A stretch of 64,000 bases of DNA from sequence record MT811961.1; one strand, written 5' to 3'. The translations under genes and the position numbers were made by a program. The notes below the pieces were generated by a model, which was given only the letters and a program-made list of their open reading frames with translations, was not told the DNA's origin and did not search any database. This document shows, piece after piece, positions 45,997-57,039 of the stretch (its first letter is position 1; every line of letters starts with the position of its first letter).

Positions 45997-47724
45997 TTAG
46001 GCCGCTACTTGAATGCGTTGTAGCCGATCATCGTTAGCTGCTTCCATTTCATCATACATCGCAACTACCTCGTCGAACTCTGGCATATCCAATACCCGAG
46101 TACATATTTCGTAAGCATTGGCAGGACAAGCCATGAGGTCAACCGATAGCTGTTTAATCTGATTCCGGTTAAGTCCAGAGATAGAACAAACTTCTGCAAG
46201 GGTTGTTGATTTAGAAACGTTTGCGATAAACTGTGCGTTAGGGTAACCAGATGTGATATCGATATCCGCTACGCCTACTGCTGCACGAGTAAGTAGGTTA
46301 GGTAGTTCTTTGTAGAGTGCGATACCTGATTCATCAGCTAGTTCGTTTGCTAGGGTAACAATCCAGTCACGTTTATCAAGTACGAACTTGTCAAACTCTT
46401 CTGTCATGTCATCCGCAGTAGAACAAAGTACTTTGCCTTTCTCTACCAGGAACAAGTGAATCGCGTTAGCTAGACGTTTAGGGTTAGAGCTCAATGAGCT
46501 GAAATCAGAACCATCGGCATAAAGACCGATTTTCTTAGACAAGTCAGTTGTTTCTTCATCAAGCAATTCAACCGAGATACAGTCAAACAAGTTGTATACC
46601 AAGTATTCAATTTTCTTGTTAAGCTGCATGAAACGGTGCCAGTTCAAGTTGTGGTTTCCGTCTACGCCAGGAATCTCAAGTTTACGAATACCCAGTTCGT
46701 CATTTAGAATCGCATCCAATGAGTAACTGTGTCGTTTACCTTTAACAACACGCAACATACGGAATACACACATCGCATCGATAACATAGAAAGAAGCAGG
46801 ACATTCAACCACATGCCAAGCATCTGATGGATCCTTGTTCATCTTTTTGCCAGAGGCAGTGATACGGTTAACTGCGTCTTCACGATAGTTAAAGAAACGG
46901 TAATGTGCAGGTACGTTTGGATCACTAAAGATGAAAGCAGGGTCTTTGCCGTGACGCTCACAAGACTGCATCATCTTCTTAATATCGAAGTTCATGTTCC
47001 AGAATGTCAGGAAGTCTGGTTTCCACATGTGTGCATAAAACATAAGTTTCTTGGCAACTTCGAAATCGTTTGGTACGACGTGTACTTTGATTTTGATATC
47101 GCGTTTCTTGATATCTTCTTCTAAGTACTTATTACACATCTCTAGGACACGTTCTTCCAGGTTAGGAATATTAGCAACAAAGTCTTGCGATACAACAATC
47201 ACAGCTTTGTCCTTCATAGAGATAGCGCCCGAGATGATTTCTTCATCTACTGAGTGAGTGTTTGTCTCAAAGTCCATTACGGCAATTGAGTAGTCTGGAA
47301 CCCACGAACCATTTGCTGCTGTATTGGCTTTGTCTAGTTTATGTTTCTCTAGTACAGATACTGAAATGTCAGTACCATAGATATACGGAGAGCGACAAGA
47401 TTTAGACAATGATTGATAACCGCCTTTAAAGCCGATTGCTTTCGCAACGCGCAAAGGAAGTTCTGCTTGAGTACAAGTACGCATCTCTAGATTGTGTGCG
47501 TATTCGAACTCTCGTTTTTGTGTATGTTGTTTCTGTACTTCTGGCTTTGATACCCAGTAAGGACGTTGTACGTTTGTTGCAATACGAATACGTGGCTTTT
47601 CACGGCCAGTCTCTTTGCATCGTAATCGTTCTTTGATTAAGACTGCATCTTCTACACGACTATTTTGGTTGCGCATGTAGGTCGTGAACATGCAGTGAGA
47701 CATGATCTCTCTTGGTTTGGTCAT
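45997..47724 (-). CDS. DNA polymerase, 3'-5' exonuclease/N-terminal subunit (phiKZ gp82-like)
   Basis: ExoI DFET, ExoII WNMNFD, ExoIII YNLFD, and polB motif A DITSGYPN. Confidence 0.9.
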   Translation of the reverse strand: MTKPREIMSHCMFTTYMRNQNSRVEDAVLIKERLRCKETGREKPRIRIATNVQRPYWVSKPEVQKQHTQKREFEYAHNLEMRTCTQAELPLRVAKAIGFKGGYQSLSKSCRSPYIYGTDISVSVLEKHKLDKANTAANGSWVPDYSIAVMDFETNTHSVDEEIISGAISMKDKAVIVVSQDFVANIPNLEERVLEMCNKYLEEDIKKRDIKIKVHVVPNDFEVAKKLMFYAHMWKPDFLTFWNMNFDIKKMMQSCERHGKDPAFIFSDPNVPAHYRFFNYREDAVNRITASGKKMNKDPSDAWHVVECPASFYVIDAMCVFRMLRVVKGKRHSYSLDAILNDELGIRKLEIPGVDGNHNLNWHRFMQLNKKIEYLVYNLFDCISVELLDEETTDLSKKIGLYADGSDFSSLSSNPKRLANAIHLFLVEKGKVLCSTADDMTEEFDKFVLDKRDWIVTLANELADESGIALYKELPNLLTRAAVGVADIDITSGYPNAQFIANVSKSTTLAEVCSISGLNRNQIKQLSVDLMACPANAYEICTRVLDMPEFDEVVAMYDEMEAANDDRLQRIQVAA

Positions 47725-47803
47725 CTTAACTGTCTCCGCTAATTAGATAGGTGACTAAATAATTTACTCACCCTGTTCGAACAGAAAAACAAGAGTAAAG
47801 ATA

Positions 47804-49066
47804 ATGTTTACACACGAAGAAATGAGTTCGTATTTTGGCGACGGCTTTGATACTGAATCTCTATGGTCTAAGTCCGAACTTGGACCACGCTTAGAAGCAG
47901 AATTAAAACGCATGAGAGCCAATGGTCGTATTGGCAAAAAAGATCTCGAGCGTTCTGACTTCGTTAAAATCGTAAAAGAAGAAACGGGCATTACAGCTCG
48001 TTTTAAATATCGTTCTGGTGACGATAATATGGACCTTTGGGTAATGACCCCGGTAATGGATGCCAACCATGTTTTCCTTGGAGCACGAGACTTATCGGTT
48101 TTATATCAAGAACATGCAAATCCAAAAGGACCAGAAGAAGCGAAATTGGGCTTTGTTGATTTTAAGAATGGTCGTGTTGGCGGCTGGTTCTCGGAAATCA
48201 TGCATGACATCGGCGTCGGCGAGTGGTTTATGAATGACCACAAAACGTTTGAGGCAGGTGAGCTTGTAGGCGGTATCTTGCACGAGATCGGACATGTGTT
48301 CTATTTCTATGCGATGCTAGACTATGCCATGTCGACAAACTACTACATGGACTTCCTGGCTAAAGAAGCATTCATGCAGCCAACGCCAGAAAAGCGCGTT
48401 GCTTTCCTAACTGAAAAACAACTTCGCAAAGGTGACCTTAAACGCCTGGATGAAGCCAAAGCCGCTACTACCCAAGACCAGCTATCTATTGTCCTTTTTA
48501 AAGAAGCAACAGATAATGCCAAATCACAGCTTGGTCTTCCGGCCTACGACATGCGTGGTTGGGAGTTCTTGGCCGACCGCTATGCTATACAGCAAGGCTA
48601 TGGCAATCAGGTATCGAGCTTCATATACAAAATAGAAGACTGGATTGGGGATTTAAATCAGCTCTCTAATAATCGTTGGATGTCAGTCCTCGTAACAGTT
48701 CTGTGTATCCTGGCAAGTTTAATCTACTTCCCAATTACATTGCTCATTCTGGCTAGCTGTGATCTTCAATTCGATATCTATGATAAAACAAAGCAGCGTC
48801 ACAAAGTTATCCGAAAAGGCATTATTCAAAATCTGAAGTATGTGGATGACAAAGACAAGAAAGAAATTCTGCGTCAAGTAGAGGAGATGGATAAGCGTCT
48901 TCTTAAATATGGCGAAGACCAACGTGGTCTATGGGAATTCCTTCAGTCAACCTTTGGTCCTACTGGCCGTAAAAAATACCGCAGTATTACTACTCAAAAA
49001 CTATTAGAGCATTTCGCAAACAGCGAACTGCGTGTTGCCGCAGAGCGACTTAACCACGGAGTTTAA
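47804..49066 (+). CDS. Virion-cluster protein with M48-like zinc metallopeptidase motifs and TM segment
   Basis: HEIGH plus EFLADRYAIQQGYG, and a hydrophobic stretch WMSVLVTVLCILASLIYFPITLLIL. Confidence 0.7.
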   Translation: MFTHEEMSSYFGDGFDTESLWSKSELGPRLEAELKRMRANGRIGKKDLERSDFVKIVKEETGITARFKYRSGDDNMDLWVMTPVMDANHVFLGARDLSVLYQEHANPKGPEEAKLGFVDFKNGRVGGWFSEIMHDIGVGEWFMNDHKTFEAGELVGGILHEIGHVFYFYAMLDYAMSTNYYMDFLAKEAFMQPTPEKRVAFLTEKQLRKGDLKRLDEAKAATTQDQLSIVLFKEATDNAKSQLGLPAYDMRGWEFLADRYAIQQGYGNQVSSFIYKIEDWIGDLNQLSNNRWMSVLVTVLCILASLIYFPITLLILASCDLQFDIYDKTKQRHKVIRKGIIQNLKYVDDKDKKEILRQVEEMDKRLLKYGEDQRGLWEFLQSTFGPTGRKKYRSITTQKLLEHFANSELRVAAERLNHGV

Positions 49067-49069
49067 ACA

Positions 49070-51046
49070 ATGAACCAAGATAAAATCTTACAGAACGTTG
49101 CCCTTGGTGCGGGCTCTCTGCAATTTAATGTAGGCTCACCGATGTCTATGGCAACAGCACTAATTATCAACCAGCATCTTCCGCTTGTCATTACAGATGA
49201 TAACCATGAGTTCTTGACTCGTTGGTCTGTAGAAGTTCTTCCGATTGCCAAGCAAGAAATTGCAAAGATTGCCAAGTACCAAATGGTAGATGAAACACTT
49301 GCACTAGAGATGGCACGTCTCGTTTACCAGCATCGTCTACTTATTGCGAAAGATCCATTGTACATCTTGTTTGAGATGTTGACGGCGTACAACTACGTTG
49401 AAGTAGAGCACAAAGAAAACCGTCTTTATAAAGACGAGCATGTTTTCCATCAAGCATTCTACTATGTAATGGAAGTTGTGTTTACAAACCGTCGTGAGAT
49501 CATGACGTACTTCTCTGACATCAACTACATGCGCAGTCCAACTCGACTTATCGATCAGTTGACTGACCGCATCTACGATGCAATGGATCGTACGTTGAAA
49601 GAAGTGTCACCTGAAACAATGCAAGCATATCACCGTATCGTTCGTTCGGTGGTTACTGATATGTTTGAGATGTATCGTGGTAACATGAAGTTTGAATTCA
49701 TCACCGATCAAAAATTCAAACTGCTAGTAGAAGATCAAGTCATTTCTGCAATGCAAGGCAGCATCACCCATCGGGCTAAAGCGGCGTTCATCAATGCTTT
49801 CTATGGCAAAGAACTTATGTGCCGTGAAGAAGCGATGCGTGAAGACCAGAAGCTAACCAGCTTTACTTATGACTGGTCGGTTGAAGACGGTGCGGATACA
49901 GAGAGCTTCGGCGAGGACTTTGATGCAGAGTCTTTCAGTAATCAACTAGAAGAGCGATTTGCTGTAGTAGAACGCAATGAGCAATTACTACGTGAACTTC
50001 TGACAGAAGGTATCTCTCGTGCCGATGCAATGATGCTCGGCAGTCTCCATCCAGTTAAAGACCGCGAAGCTTTGGCAATGTTCCCAGAGAAACGCAGTGG
50101 TTCTGTAGCCAATCCTGAAATTGTACTTGGTTTGTTTGGAGCAATCCGCAAAGCAGGCCAGGGTTTAATCAAAGCGGCTATTCGTTTTATCGAAGCGATC
50201 ATTACAAACGTAATTAACTTCTTCGGCGCACCGTTTAACTTGAAGGTTCGTTTCAGTATCAGTGAACGCGGCGAGTTAGTAGACAAATGGAAGAAAGCAT
50301 TCAACAAACCAATTCATGGATTGATTGCTACAGGTCTTCCTATTGTTGCTGAGCAGCGTGTTGGTCCAGAAGCCATCAAGAGCAGTCTGAATCATATTGG
50401 TGACTATGTGGATCTTTTTGAGCGTCTAGCTGACGAAGCTGAAGAAAGCTTCCGTAGCGATAACAAAGAAGAGCTTGGGCGCATCAACGACGAGATGAAC
50501 CGCCGTGGTCTAGAGATCGCATCTGGTTTTGATTCTGCAATTAATACTTCTGGTGTTTTCTCTAACATCATCAAGAATCCAGCTACTGGTACTGGTTTGA
50601 GTGTTGCCAATGGCGAGGCGATTGAAAAAGCAAGTGAGTTGAGCTCGTTTATCAATGTCACTGAAATGCAAAACAAGGTTCGCAATTCTAAGACAGAAGG
50701 CTTTGGTGCCTCTGATATCACAGAAGCGGCAATCGAAAAAGTAGTATCTGTTTTCCCTGACATCGATGTGATGGAAAAGACCGCAGAAGAACTTGAGCAA
50801 ACTGCCCGTGATATCCAGCGCAAGGTCAAACGCATTCGCAGTATTGACTTTAAGTTCATGGATCGTCAATCTGAAAAGGCTGATGTTTTGGAGCAAGAAC
50901 AAATTGTTCGTGAATCATTCGTTGTGCATAACCATACATTAAAAACTATGGCCCGTACAGCTTCTGCTTTGGCATCGACCTATCGTTCAATTGCACAAGA
51001 AGCAGTGTCCATGAAAGTTACGTGGATGGCAGCTACAGAGAAGTAA
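49070..51046 (+). CDS. Inner-head protein with internal maturation sites
   Basis: Acidic linker GADTESFGEDFDAESF followed by the amphipathic family helix. Confidence 0.6.
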   Translation: MNQDKILQNVALGAGSLQFNVGSPMSMATALIINQHLPLVITDDNHEFLTRWSVEVLPIAKQEIAKIAKYQMVDETLALEMARLVYQHRLLIAKDPLYILFEMLTAYNYVEVEHKENRLYKDEHVFHQAFYYVMEVVFTNRREIMTYFSDINYMRSPTRLIDQLTDRIYDAMDRTLKEVSPETMQAYHRIVRSVVTDMFEMYRGNMKFEFITDQKFKLLVEDQVISAMQGSITHRAKAAFINAFYGKELMCREEAMREDQKLTSFTYDWSVEDGADTESFGEDFDAESFSNQLEERFAVVERNEQLLRELLTEGISRADAMMLGSLHPVKDREALAMFPEKRSGSVANPEIVLGLFGAIRKAGQGLIKAAIRFIEAIITNVINFFGAPFNLKVRFSISERGELVDKWKKAFNKPIHGLIATGLPIVAEQRVGPEAIKSSLNHIGDYVDLFERLADEAEESFRSDNKEELGRINDEMNRRGLEIASGFDSAINTSGVFSNIIKNPATGTGLSVANGEAIEKASELSSFINVTEMQNKVRNSKTEGFGASDITEAAIEKVVSVFPDIDVMEKTAEELEQTARDIQRKVKRIRSIDFKFMDRQSEKADVLEQEQIVRESFVVHNHTLKTMARTASALASTYRSIAQEAVSMKVTWMAATEK

Positions 51047-51054
51047 GAAATAAG

Positions 51055-51078
51055 CCCTATCCCCAAACGGGGATAGGG
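51055..51078. terminator. Bidirectional terminator
   Basis: ccctatcccc-aaac-ggggataggg. Confidence 0.85.
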
Positions 51079-51084
51079 TACTTA

Positions 51085-53931
51085 TTATTTTGTCCATTCG
51101 ATATTGATGTCATCAACAATATCTAACTCACCGTTGGCTAGTACAAGAGCTTTGGTCGCCAGTGTAAAGCGAGCGTTCTCTTCAAGTAGGATAGCCATGT
51201 CTGCACTAGGGATTGGAGAATCAATCTCAATAGCACGGATGTTTTCAGGAGATAGGTTTGCCATGACAGCATAGAGTCCAGATAGATAGAACTCACTCGA
51301 GTCTAGTTGCTCCAATAACAAGGTTGTCAATGAATCACGTAGACGTTTACGAATATTAGGATTTTGGTATGCACTGTCAGTTAGACGTACACGGAACGAG
51401 AAGCTTAGGGCCGTCGGGATTGTAGATTCGCGACCAGAGTCAAGACGAGCGCGTGCATCCACTTTATCGCTTACTGGTTCAAAGAAAAGATTCGTTTCTT
51501 CGAATAGGGCTTTAGCAACGCGTTCAACTGGACCACGCAGAGTAGCAGTTACTGTACTTGGAATCTCTTGTTCGTACGCAACAATCTCTGATGTGTTCGC
51601 ATAACGATAAGAAGCGTCCACCAAAGCAAGTCGGCATTTGAATGCTGTACCGCTTGGTTTCACTTCGATGAAGTTACCTTCGCTGTTGACTACACGTTCA
51701 CCTTTGCGTGCCTCGTATTGCAATTCACCATCGATGACTACTTGATCGCCCTGATAGTGTTTTACAACGAAGTCCCATTCGCCCGGTTTTACTTCTGTGA
51801 TAACTGGACCTTCAATACCCATCTCAAACTCAGTCTTAGGATAAACCATAGGTACATCATAAGTCCATGTTTGGTAAGTAGGCGGGGTGATGATCTTGCG
51901 CATCGGTGTGTAAAGACGCTCTAGGAACTCACCAAACGTAATGTCGAGTGTTTCATGAGCAATCGCAGTATATGTACCAGTCAAAGCTTTCTTGGCCAAT
52001 ACAGAGTCAAACGACGTGGTATTCGCACTTGACGTGTTCAGGTAAACCAGATCTAACTGATGGTCACTCAAACTAAAACGAGGATTACCAGTACCAGTCC
52101 AGCCATCAACCGTAAAGTTATGCTCGCTGTCGATGTCAATCATTGAACCAAAGACAAAGTCATAACGTGTGCGATCACTATCAATGTATGTAGGAGTTCC
52201 GATGATGTCCCACTTCTGGTTCGTTACAGGGTCCGTGTAGTTAAGTACAGCAATTGTACGTTCACCCATGTTAGGTGTTTCGGCAATAACAGAAAGAGAG
52301 TACTGCTGTGTCACTTCATCATAAAGAATCTGTGAGTTACTTGTACTGATAGTAAAGCCAGCTGTCGCATTTTGCTGGATGGCATTGACAGTATTGACCA
52401 CAGGCGTACGCAGGTAGTAGGCACGCAGAGCATTCATCGAAGAACTCTCGTCAACTACATAGTGGTATGGAGTATAGAAGTATTCTTCGTTGTTGAGATA
52501 ATCTGCCTTGTCATAAACACTTAGGTTTTCAAAAGAGATCGTCTCTTGATCACTCAACAGAGCCAGTGCACCCGTCATCTTTTTGAAGAGAGCCGTTGGC
52601 TTCAGTGTACCTAGATCACCCATCTTAACGAGATGGTTATTGATGTCGTCTCGCGATAGATCAAGAGTCACTTCCGCAGAAGCTGTACCAGTACCAGTAC
52701 TTAGACCATACTTGTCTGGAATCTCAAGTTTCTTAGTTGCAACAAACGTACGGTTGCCGATTGTGTCTTTCTGACGCTCAACACCGAGTTGCTCTTTGGC
52801 AAGTTCGGTTTTAAGCTCATCAAAACTCAATGCTTTTTCTTTGTCTCCGTGACCATAGATAACACGCTGTTTAACTTCGGCAAAGGTCAGGCCAGCACGA
52901 CCACCGATTGTCTTATCCAAAGATTCAACAGAACGAATGGTCAAGTTCAGTACAGGGTCAATAAAGGTGCCGGACTCCATACCAAAGTCAATGAACTCAC
53001 CGGACCATACATCAGAACTGTATTCAGCCAGGTTCATGTTGAGGACACCCTTTGTGGTAAAGAGGTCAACACGCACTGTACTGCCATTCATGTTCTGTGT
53101 GAAGTAAATCTCAGGTAGTCGAATGTGAATAAGATTTTCTTCTACCTTCAAGACTGCTGTCGGTTCACTTGGGTCATAAACCTGTTCATCGAAAGTTGTT
53201 TGTATCTCTTTCCAGCCCGTAGTAGAACGCATATAAATGCGAGCCGCATAGAAATGATCTTCAAACTGCTGAGTGATCTTAAAGCCAGAAGCTACAGAAG
53301 ATGGCTGTGACGACGTGGAGGCAGAAAGCTGGATCATTGGAACAGTGAGAACCAAAACCTCACCAGCTGGCGTATAGAGCGTTTTTGTTGGTATGTGGTT
53401 AGTAGCAAGCGAACGCAATGAATTTGGAGTACTGTCGTCCCAACGACATGTGAACTGACCGTCGTCCATCATGTACAGGTCAATCGGATAACCAGTATAG
53501 AAAGAAACGCCAGCAACGCTAAAGCTAGAGTCACGCGGTATGGTTAGTTTCTTCATGCCGCTTTCGGTATCGGAGACAGCAGCTCCTCGTAATTCACTTG
53601 CACTGAAGCCCAAGTAGACAACGGTGTCTTCTACTGGTTTAGCAAAACGATCCAGGTGATCATCGCTGGACATGTGTGGGAATAGATCATCCCATGTCTG
53701 TGCTAGTGCAGGATACTCTCTTCGAGATAGGCTTTCCATGCGTAACATAGAACCTGCATTGATTGTCGCCGTAGTTGCCAATAGTGAAACCATCGGAGAT
53801 GTCGCATCTACGATATCGATCTCGCCATTGTATGCTTCATCGAGCATATCCAGTGACAATTCAAAAATACTGCCAGGGGATGTTTCTAGATGAGTAGCAA
53901 GGGAAACTAACGCTTCTTTTGCCTTAGTCAT
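51085..53931 (-). CDS. Baseplate wedge-like structural protein (phiKZ gp87 position)
   Basis: 948 aa beta-rich, with GGRAGLTFAEVKQR resembling baseplate J / gp6. Synteny. Confidence 0.6.
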   Translation of the reverse strand: MTKAKEALVSLATHLETSPGSIFELSLDMLDEAYNGEIDIVDATSPMVSLLATTATINAGSMLRMESLSRREYPALAQTWDDLFPHMSSDDHLDRFAKPVEDTVVYLGFSASELRGAAVSDTESGMKKLTIPRDSSFSVAGVSFYTGYPIDLYMMDDGQFTCRWDDSTPNSLRSLATNHIPTKTLYTPAGEVLVLTVPMIQLSASTSSQPSSVASGFKITQQFEDHFYAARIYMRSTTGWKEIQTTFDEQVYDPSEPTAVLKVEENLIHIRLPEIYFTQNMNGSTVRVDLFTTKGVLNMNLAEYSSDVWSGEFIDFGMESGTFIDPVLNLTIRSVESLDKTIGGRAGLTFAEVKQRVIYGHGDKEKALSFDELKTELAKEQLGVERQKDTIGNRTFVATKKLEIPDKYGLSTGTGTASAEVTLDLSRDDINNHLVKMGDLGTLKPTALFKKMTGALALLSDQETISFENLSVYDKADYLNNEEYFYTPYHYVVDESSSMNALRAYYLRTPVVNTVNAIQQNATAGFTISTSNSQILYDEVTQQYSLSVIAETPNMGERTIAVLNYTDPVTNQKWDIIGTPTYIDSDRTRYDFVFGSMIDIDSEHNFTVDGWTGTGNPRFSLSDHQLDLVYLNTSSANTTSFDSVLAKKALTGTYTAIAHETLDITFGEFLERLYTPMRKIITPPTYQTWTYDVPMVYPKTEFEMGIEGPVITEVKPGEWDFVVKHYQGDQVVIDGELQYEARKGERVVNSEGNFIEVKPSGTAFKCRLALVDASYRYANTSEIVAYEQEIPSTVTATLRGPVERVAKALFEETNLFFEPVSDKVDARARLDSGRESTIPTALSFSFRVRLTDSAYQNPNIRKRLRDSLTTLLLEQLDSSEFYLSGLYAVMANLSPENIRAIEIDSPIPSADMAILLEENARFTLATKALVLANGELDIVDDINIEWTK

Positions 53932-54970
53932 TGTTTACTCCTGCTGTTTCCAAAATCGAGTCATACACGTCTTGTTCAATCCACCATTCTAGTTCAGAGG
54001 TGTTTGGATTGATAAACGGATAACCACGATTGTTAAAATAATAAGCTTTGTACATGCTAGGGATTTTCACTAGCTTGTGTTCTTTGTCGGTATGTATTTT
54101 AAACATATCGAATTTGAAGTTACCGACGGTTTTGTTGAAACGATCGACAATTGCTGGATCGTTATAAAGAAAGCCAAAGCAACGCATAGGTACGGAAATC
54201 TGTCTACTGCCTAGTTGAACAGATGGACCTTTTTCGACATTAAATTGTGCGCCGTTGTTCGTACCCATCCAGTAGCCGCCCATATTGAGGCAGGCAATTT
54301 TGTGAACGAACTTTTTCGTTCTATCCATGAGTATGACATAAACGTTTTGCGCATAGTCGATTTCAAACTCTATTTCACTGATCGGTAATGGGTCGATCGT
54401 ACCGATTCCAATGTGCCCCATATACTGATGCATTGCAGTAAAGAATGCACCATGTGGGTCGCCTTCTTTTGAATTAAACGTGAACTGCAAATCAAATGTA
54501 CTAAAACTCTCTGGTCGACCATCTGCCCAACCATAAACTTCTTTAGCCCAGCCTTCTTCTGATTCGAAGAATTCCATTGCTTCGTCTGGCCAGCCAGACA
54601 AAGATTCTAAACTTGAGCTAAGGAAAGGGATAAAAGCATAGTCGTCATTGACAGCATTTGATCGAATGCCATCTCGCTGAACATCCCAATAATGCTTTGT
54701 CGACATAGAGCATTTTATTGCACATGACAAACTGTTTGGATCTTCATCTGCCAAATTGTATAGTTTGCGGACTTTCGCGATATTGCCCTTGCTCATATTG
54801 CAATTCGGTTTAGTGATAAAGACATAGCCAAGAACATCTTGGTTGATCTGAACGAGGTCAGCACTACCAGTGTGACTTGGTCCGTAAAACATATTAAAGA
54901 TAGCGCTATCTGGGTCACCGGTGGTGGCCTTTTGTCTAACTCCGCGCGGTGTTAGATTATCAATGGACAT
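53924..54970 (-). CDS. Tail/baseplate structural protein (phiKZ gp88 position)
   Basis: Likely start MSIDNL with SD ggag. Tube-initiator-like beta content. Confidence 0.55.
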   Translation of the reverse strand: MSIDNLTPRGVRQKATTGDPDSAIFNMFYGPSHTGSADLVQINQDVLGYVFITKPNCNMSKGNIAKVRKLYNLADEDPNSLSCAIKCSMSTKHYWDVQRDGIRSNAVNDDYAFIPFLSSSLESLSGWPDEAMEFFESEEGWAKEVYGWADGRPESFSTFDLQFTFNSKEGDPHGAFFTAMHQYMGHIGIGTIDPLPISEIEFEIDYAQNVYVILMDRTKKFVHKIACLNMGGYWMGTNNGAQFNVEKGPSVQLGSRQISVPMRCFGFLYNDPAIVDRFNKTVGNFKFDMFKIHTDKEHKLVKIPSMYKAYYFNNRGYPFINPNTSELEWWIEQDVYDSILETAGVNND

Positions 54971-55029
54971 GAAAAACTCCTTCGTGTCTAGCTCTTTTTC
55001 TTCGAAGAAATATATAAAGGAACACAATA

Positions 55030-56136
55030 ATGTCTCAAGTACAATCTCCGGATTTGTTAACTCGACTGCTTGGTATCCTAAAAATTGTAGAGGATGATCG
55101 TGAATCGATCGCGGAAGCTGCCGATATGGCAAGTCTTACTCCGCTTATCTTGACCGGTAATGACCTGGTCAACTCTCTAGATACCGAAACTATTCATAAC
55201 ATTTATCAGTTTAAGTTGAGCATGTATACAGCTCTTTGGCTTAAAGCTGCATCGCTAATTCTTCCGGCTGACGGAGTTATTCCTCCAGGTACTTCGGTTG
55301 AAGAAATCCTTGCGCCTATTTCTGATCGTCGTCCACGTACTACGACCAACGGTGCACTGGAGCGCGTTAAAGAATTCATCACTGACATCACACTAGAAGG
55401 CTACGACGACGTAAACCTAGTGGGCGGTGATTACGGTGACCTACTTTCACAGTTTGATGCTGAGAACTACAAAGAAGCAGAAATCTCTAAACCATCAAAC
55501 CTCGCAGTAGGCAAACTTGTGTACGTTCCAATCCGTGTAGGCAAGACTGAAATTCAGCAGCCTATCACTGTACGCGTTAAACCAAACGTAGTAGACGTTA
55601 ACTTCCTTAACAAACTACTTTATGCTTTCATCGGTCAAGATCAATCTATCATGGGCCGTTGGAACCGTTTCCTAGCTGGCGACATCGAAGGCTCTGCAAC
55701 CTACCTGCTTGGCCTGGACATTCTTCGTGAAGATGGCAAACTGCGCCTAGAAGACAAAGATGGTCTTTACGGTCTAATGCGCGACAACCGTCGCCGTGGC
55801 ACTGTGGCGTCTATTGCAAACAACAAGAAGATGAACTTTAACGTTGCTTCTAACATGGTTGTAATGTCTGCTGCTTCTCTTCGTTCAATGGAAACAGCTA
55901 TGCGTGGTTCATTTAGCAATCCACGTATTCGCGACCAATTCTTTGACCGCACTGGCACAATGGTAATGTCTGTTGTTGATCCTACTATGGACATCATCAA
56001 GGTTTACACTGTTGGCCAGAAAGACTACGGTACTTATGATCTATCTGATCTTAAGCCAAAAGGTAGCGGCGGTGGTTCAAATGACATCGAAGGTATGATG
56101 AAGTCGTTTGAGCTTGGTAAGGCATTTAACCTGTAA
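55030..56136 (+). CDS. Abundant inner-head protein (phiKZ gp89 position)
   Basis: 368 aa, high-expression codons, divergent from the baseplate genes. Confidence 0.6.
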   Translation: MSQVQSPDLLTRLLGILKIVEDDRESIAEAADMASLTPLILTGNDLVNSLDTETIHNIYQFKLSMYTALWLKAASLILPADGVIPPGTSVEEILAPISDRRPRTTTNGALERVKEFITDITLEGYDDVNLVGGDYGDLLSQFDAENYKEAEISKPSNLAVGKLVYVPIRVGKTEIQQPITVRVKPNVVDVNFLNKLLYAFIGQDQSIMGRWNRFLAGDIEGSATYLLGLDILREDGKLRLEDKDGLYGLMRDNRRRGTVASIANNKKMNFNVASNMVVMSAASLRSMETAMRGSFSNPRIRDQFFDRTGTMVMSVVDPTMDIIKVYTVGQKDYGTYDLSDLKPKGSGGGSNDIEGMMKSFELGKAFNL

Positions 56137-56146
56137 GGAACTAACA

Positions 56147-57028
56147 ATGTCATTGACAAACTTTGTTGCTCGAGTATTTACTCCGACCGAAAAAGAGATC
56201 GTTGTTAAAGGTCTTGAGCAAAACATCGACAATCATGAAGGCATGCTTGAAGAGATCCTAATGGTGGATGACCGAGCTTATGCTGATTTGCCTGTTTACA
56301 AAATGATCGACTCTACTCTGCGTCGTTCTAGCTTTACTGGCGATATCTACAAAGGCAATGTTCTTCAGTTCTTGCGTATGACTGTTAAGGAACTGGCTAA
56401 GAACAAAAACGATTACCTGAAGATGATTGAAAAATCTTTCGATCGTGAAGTAATTCGTGAAGGCCTTGATTACCATCGCGTACATCTTCTTCAGATGTGT
56501 GCAGCTATTGATACCTTCTTTGACTTTGCTACAAAGTTTGCGGCAGTACTATCTGCAAATGCAAGCAGTGATCTGTACAAGAAAGACAAGATCATCTCGA
56601 AGTACGAAGAAGAGATCAATAACTACGGTTTCCAACAAGCGGCGTTCTATGGTATCATGATTGCCCACAAACGTCCTTCTCAACTTGAGTCGGCTTTTGC
56701 TCAGGGTAAAGATGTACCATTCATCGAAGAGCGTGCGAAAGAAATGGAAGCAGCCTACAAAGAAAAGGTTGATCCATTCCGTTCTAACTTGATTCCGGTT
56801 ATCGGACACGTTGCTATCTTTGTCGGTGAATACTGGAATAGCTGGATTGCGTACCGTCGTGATCGTGCTAAAGAAATCCTAAATCGTATTCGTATGGAGC
56901 AACTATATCGCAAACGTGCGATGGAAGGCGCTACTGGCGAAGAGCTTGAGAACATCAAGAAACAGATCAAGCATTACGACAAACGCATCCGTATCCTTGA
57001 GCAAAAAATCAAGGACATGGAAAGTTAA
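56147..57028 (+). CDS. Abundant inner-head protein (phiKZ gp90 position)
   Basis: SD aagga plus ATG 56147. Helical, with a C-terminal coiled coil. Confidence 0.6.
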   Translation: MSLTNFVARVFTPTEKEIVVKGLEQNIDNHEGMLEEILMVDDRAYADLPVYKMIDSTLRRSSFTGDIYKGNVLQFLRMTVKELAKNKNDYLKMIEKSFDREVIREGLDYHRVHLLQMCAAIDTFFDFATKFAAVLSANASSDLYKKDKIISKYEEEINNYGFQQAAFYGIMIAHKRPSQLESAFAQGKDVPFIEERAKEMEAAYKEKVDPFRSNLIPVIGHVAIFVGEYWNSWIAYRRDRAKEILNRIRMEQLYRKRAMEGATGEELENIKKQIKHYDKRIRILEQKIKDMES

Positions 57029-57039
57029 GGAGATAGAAA

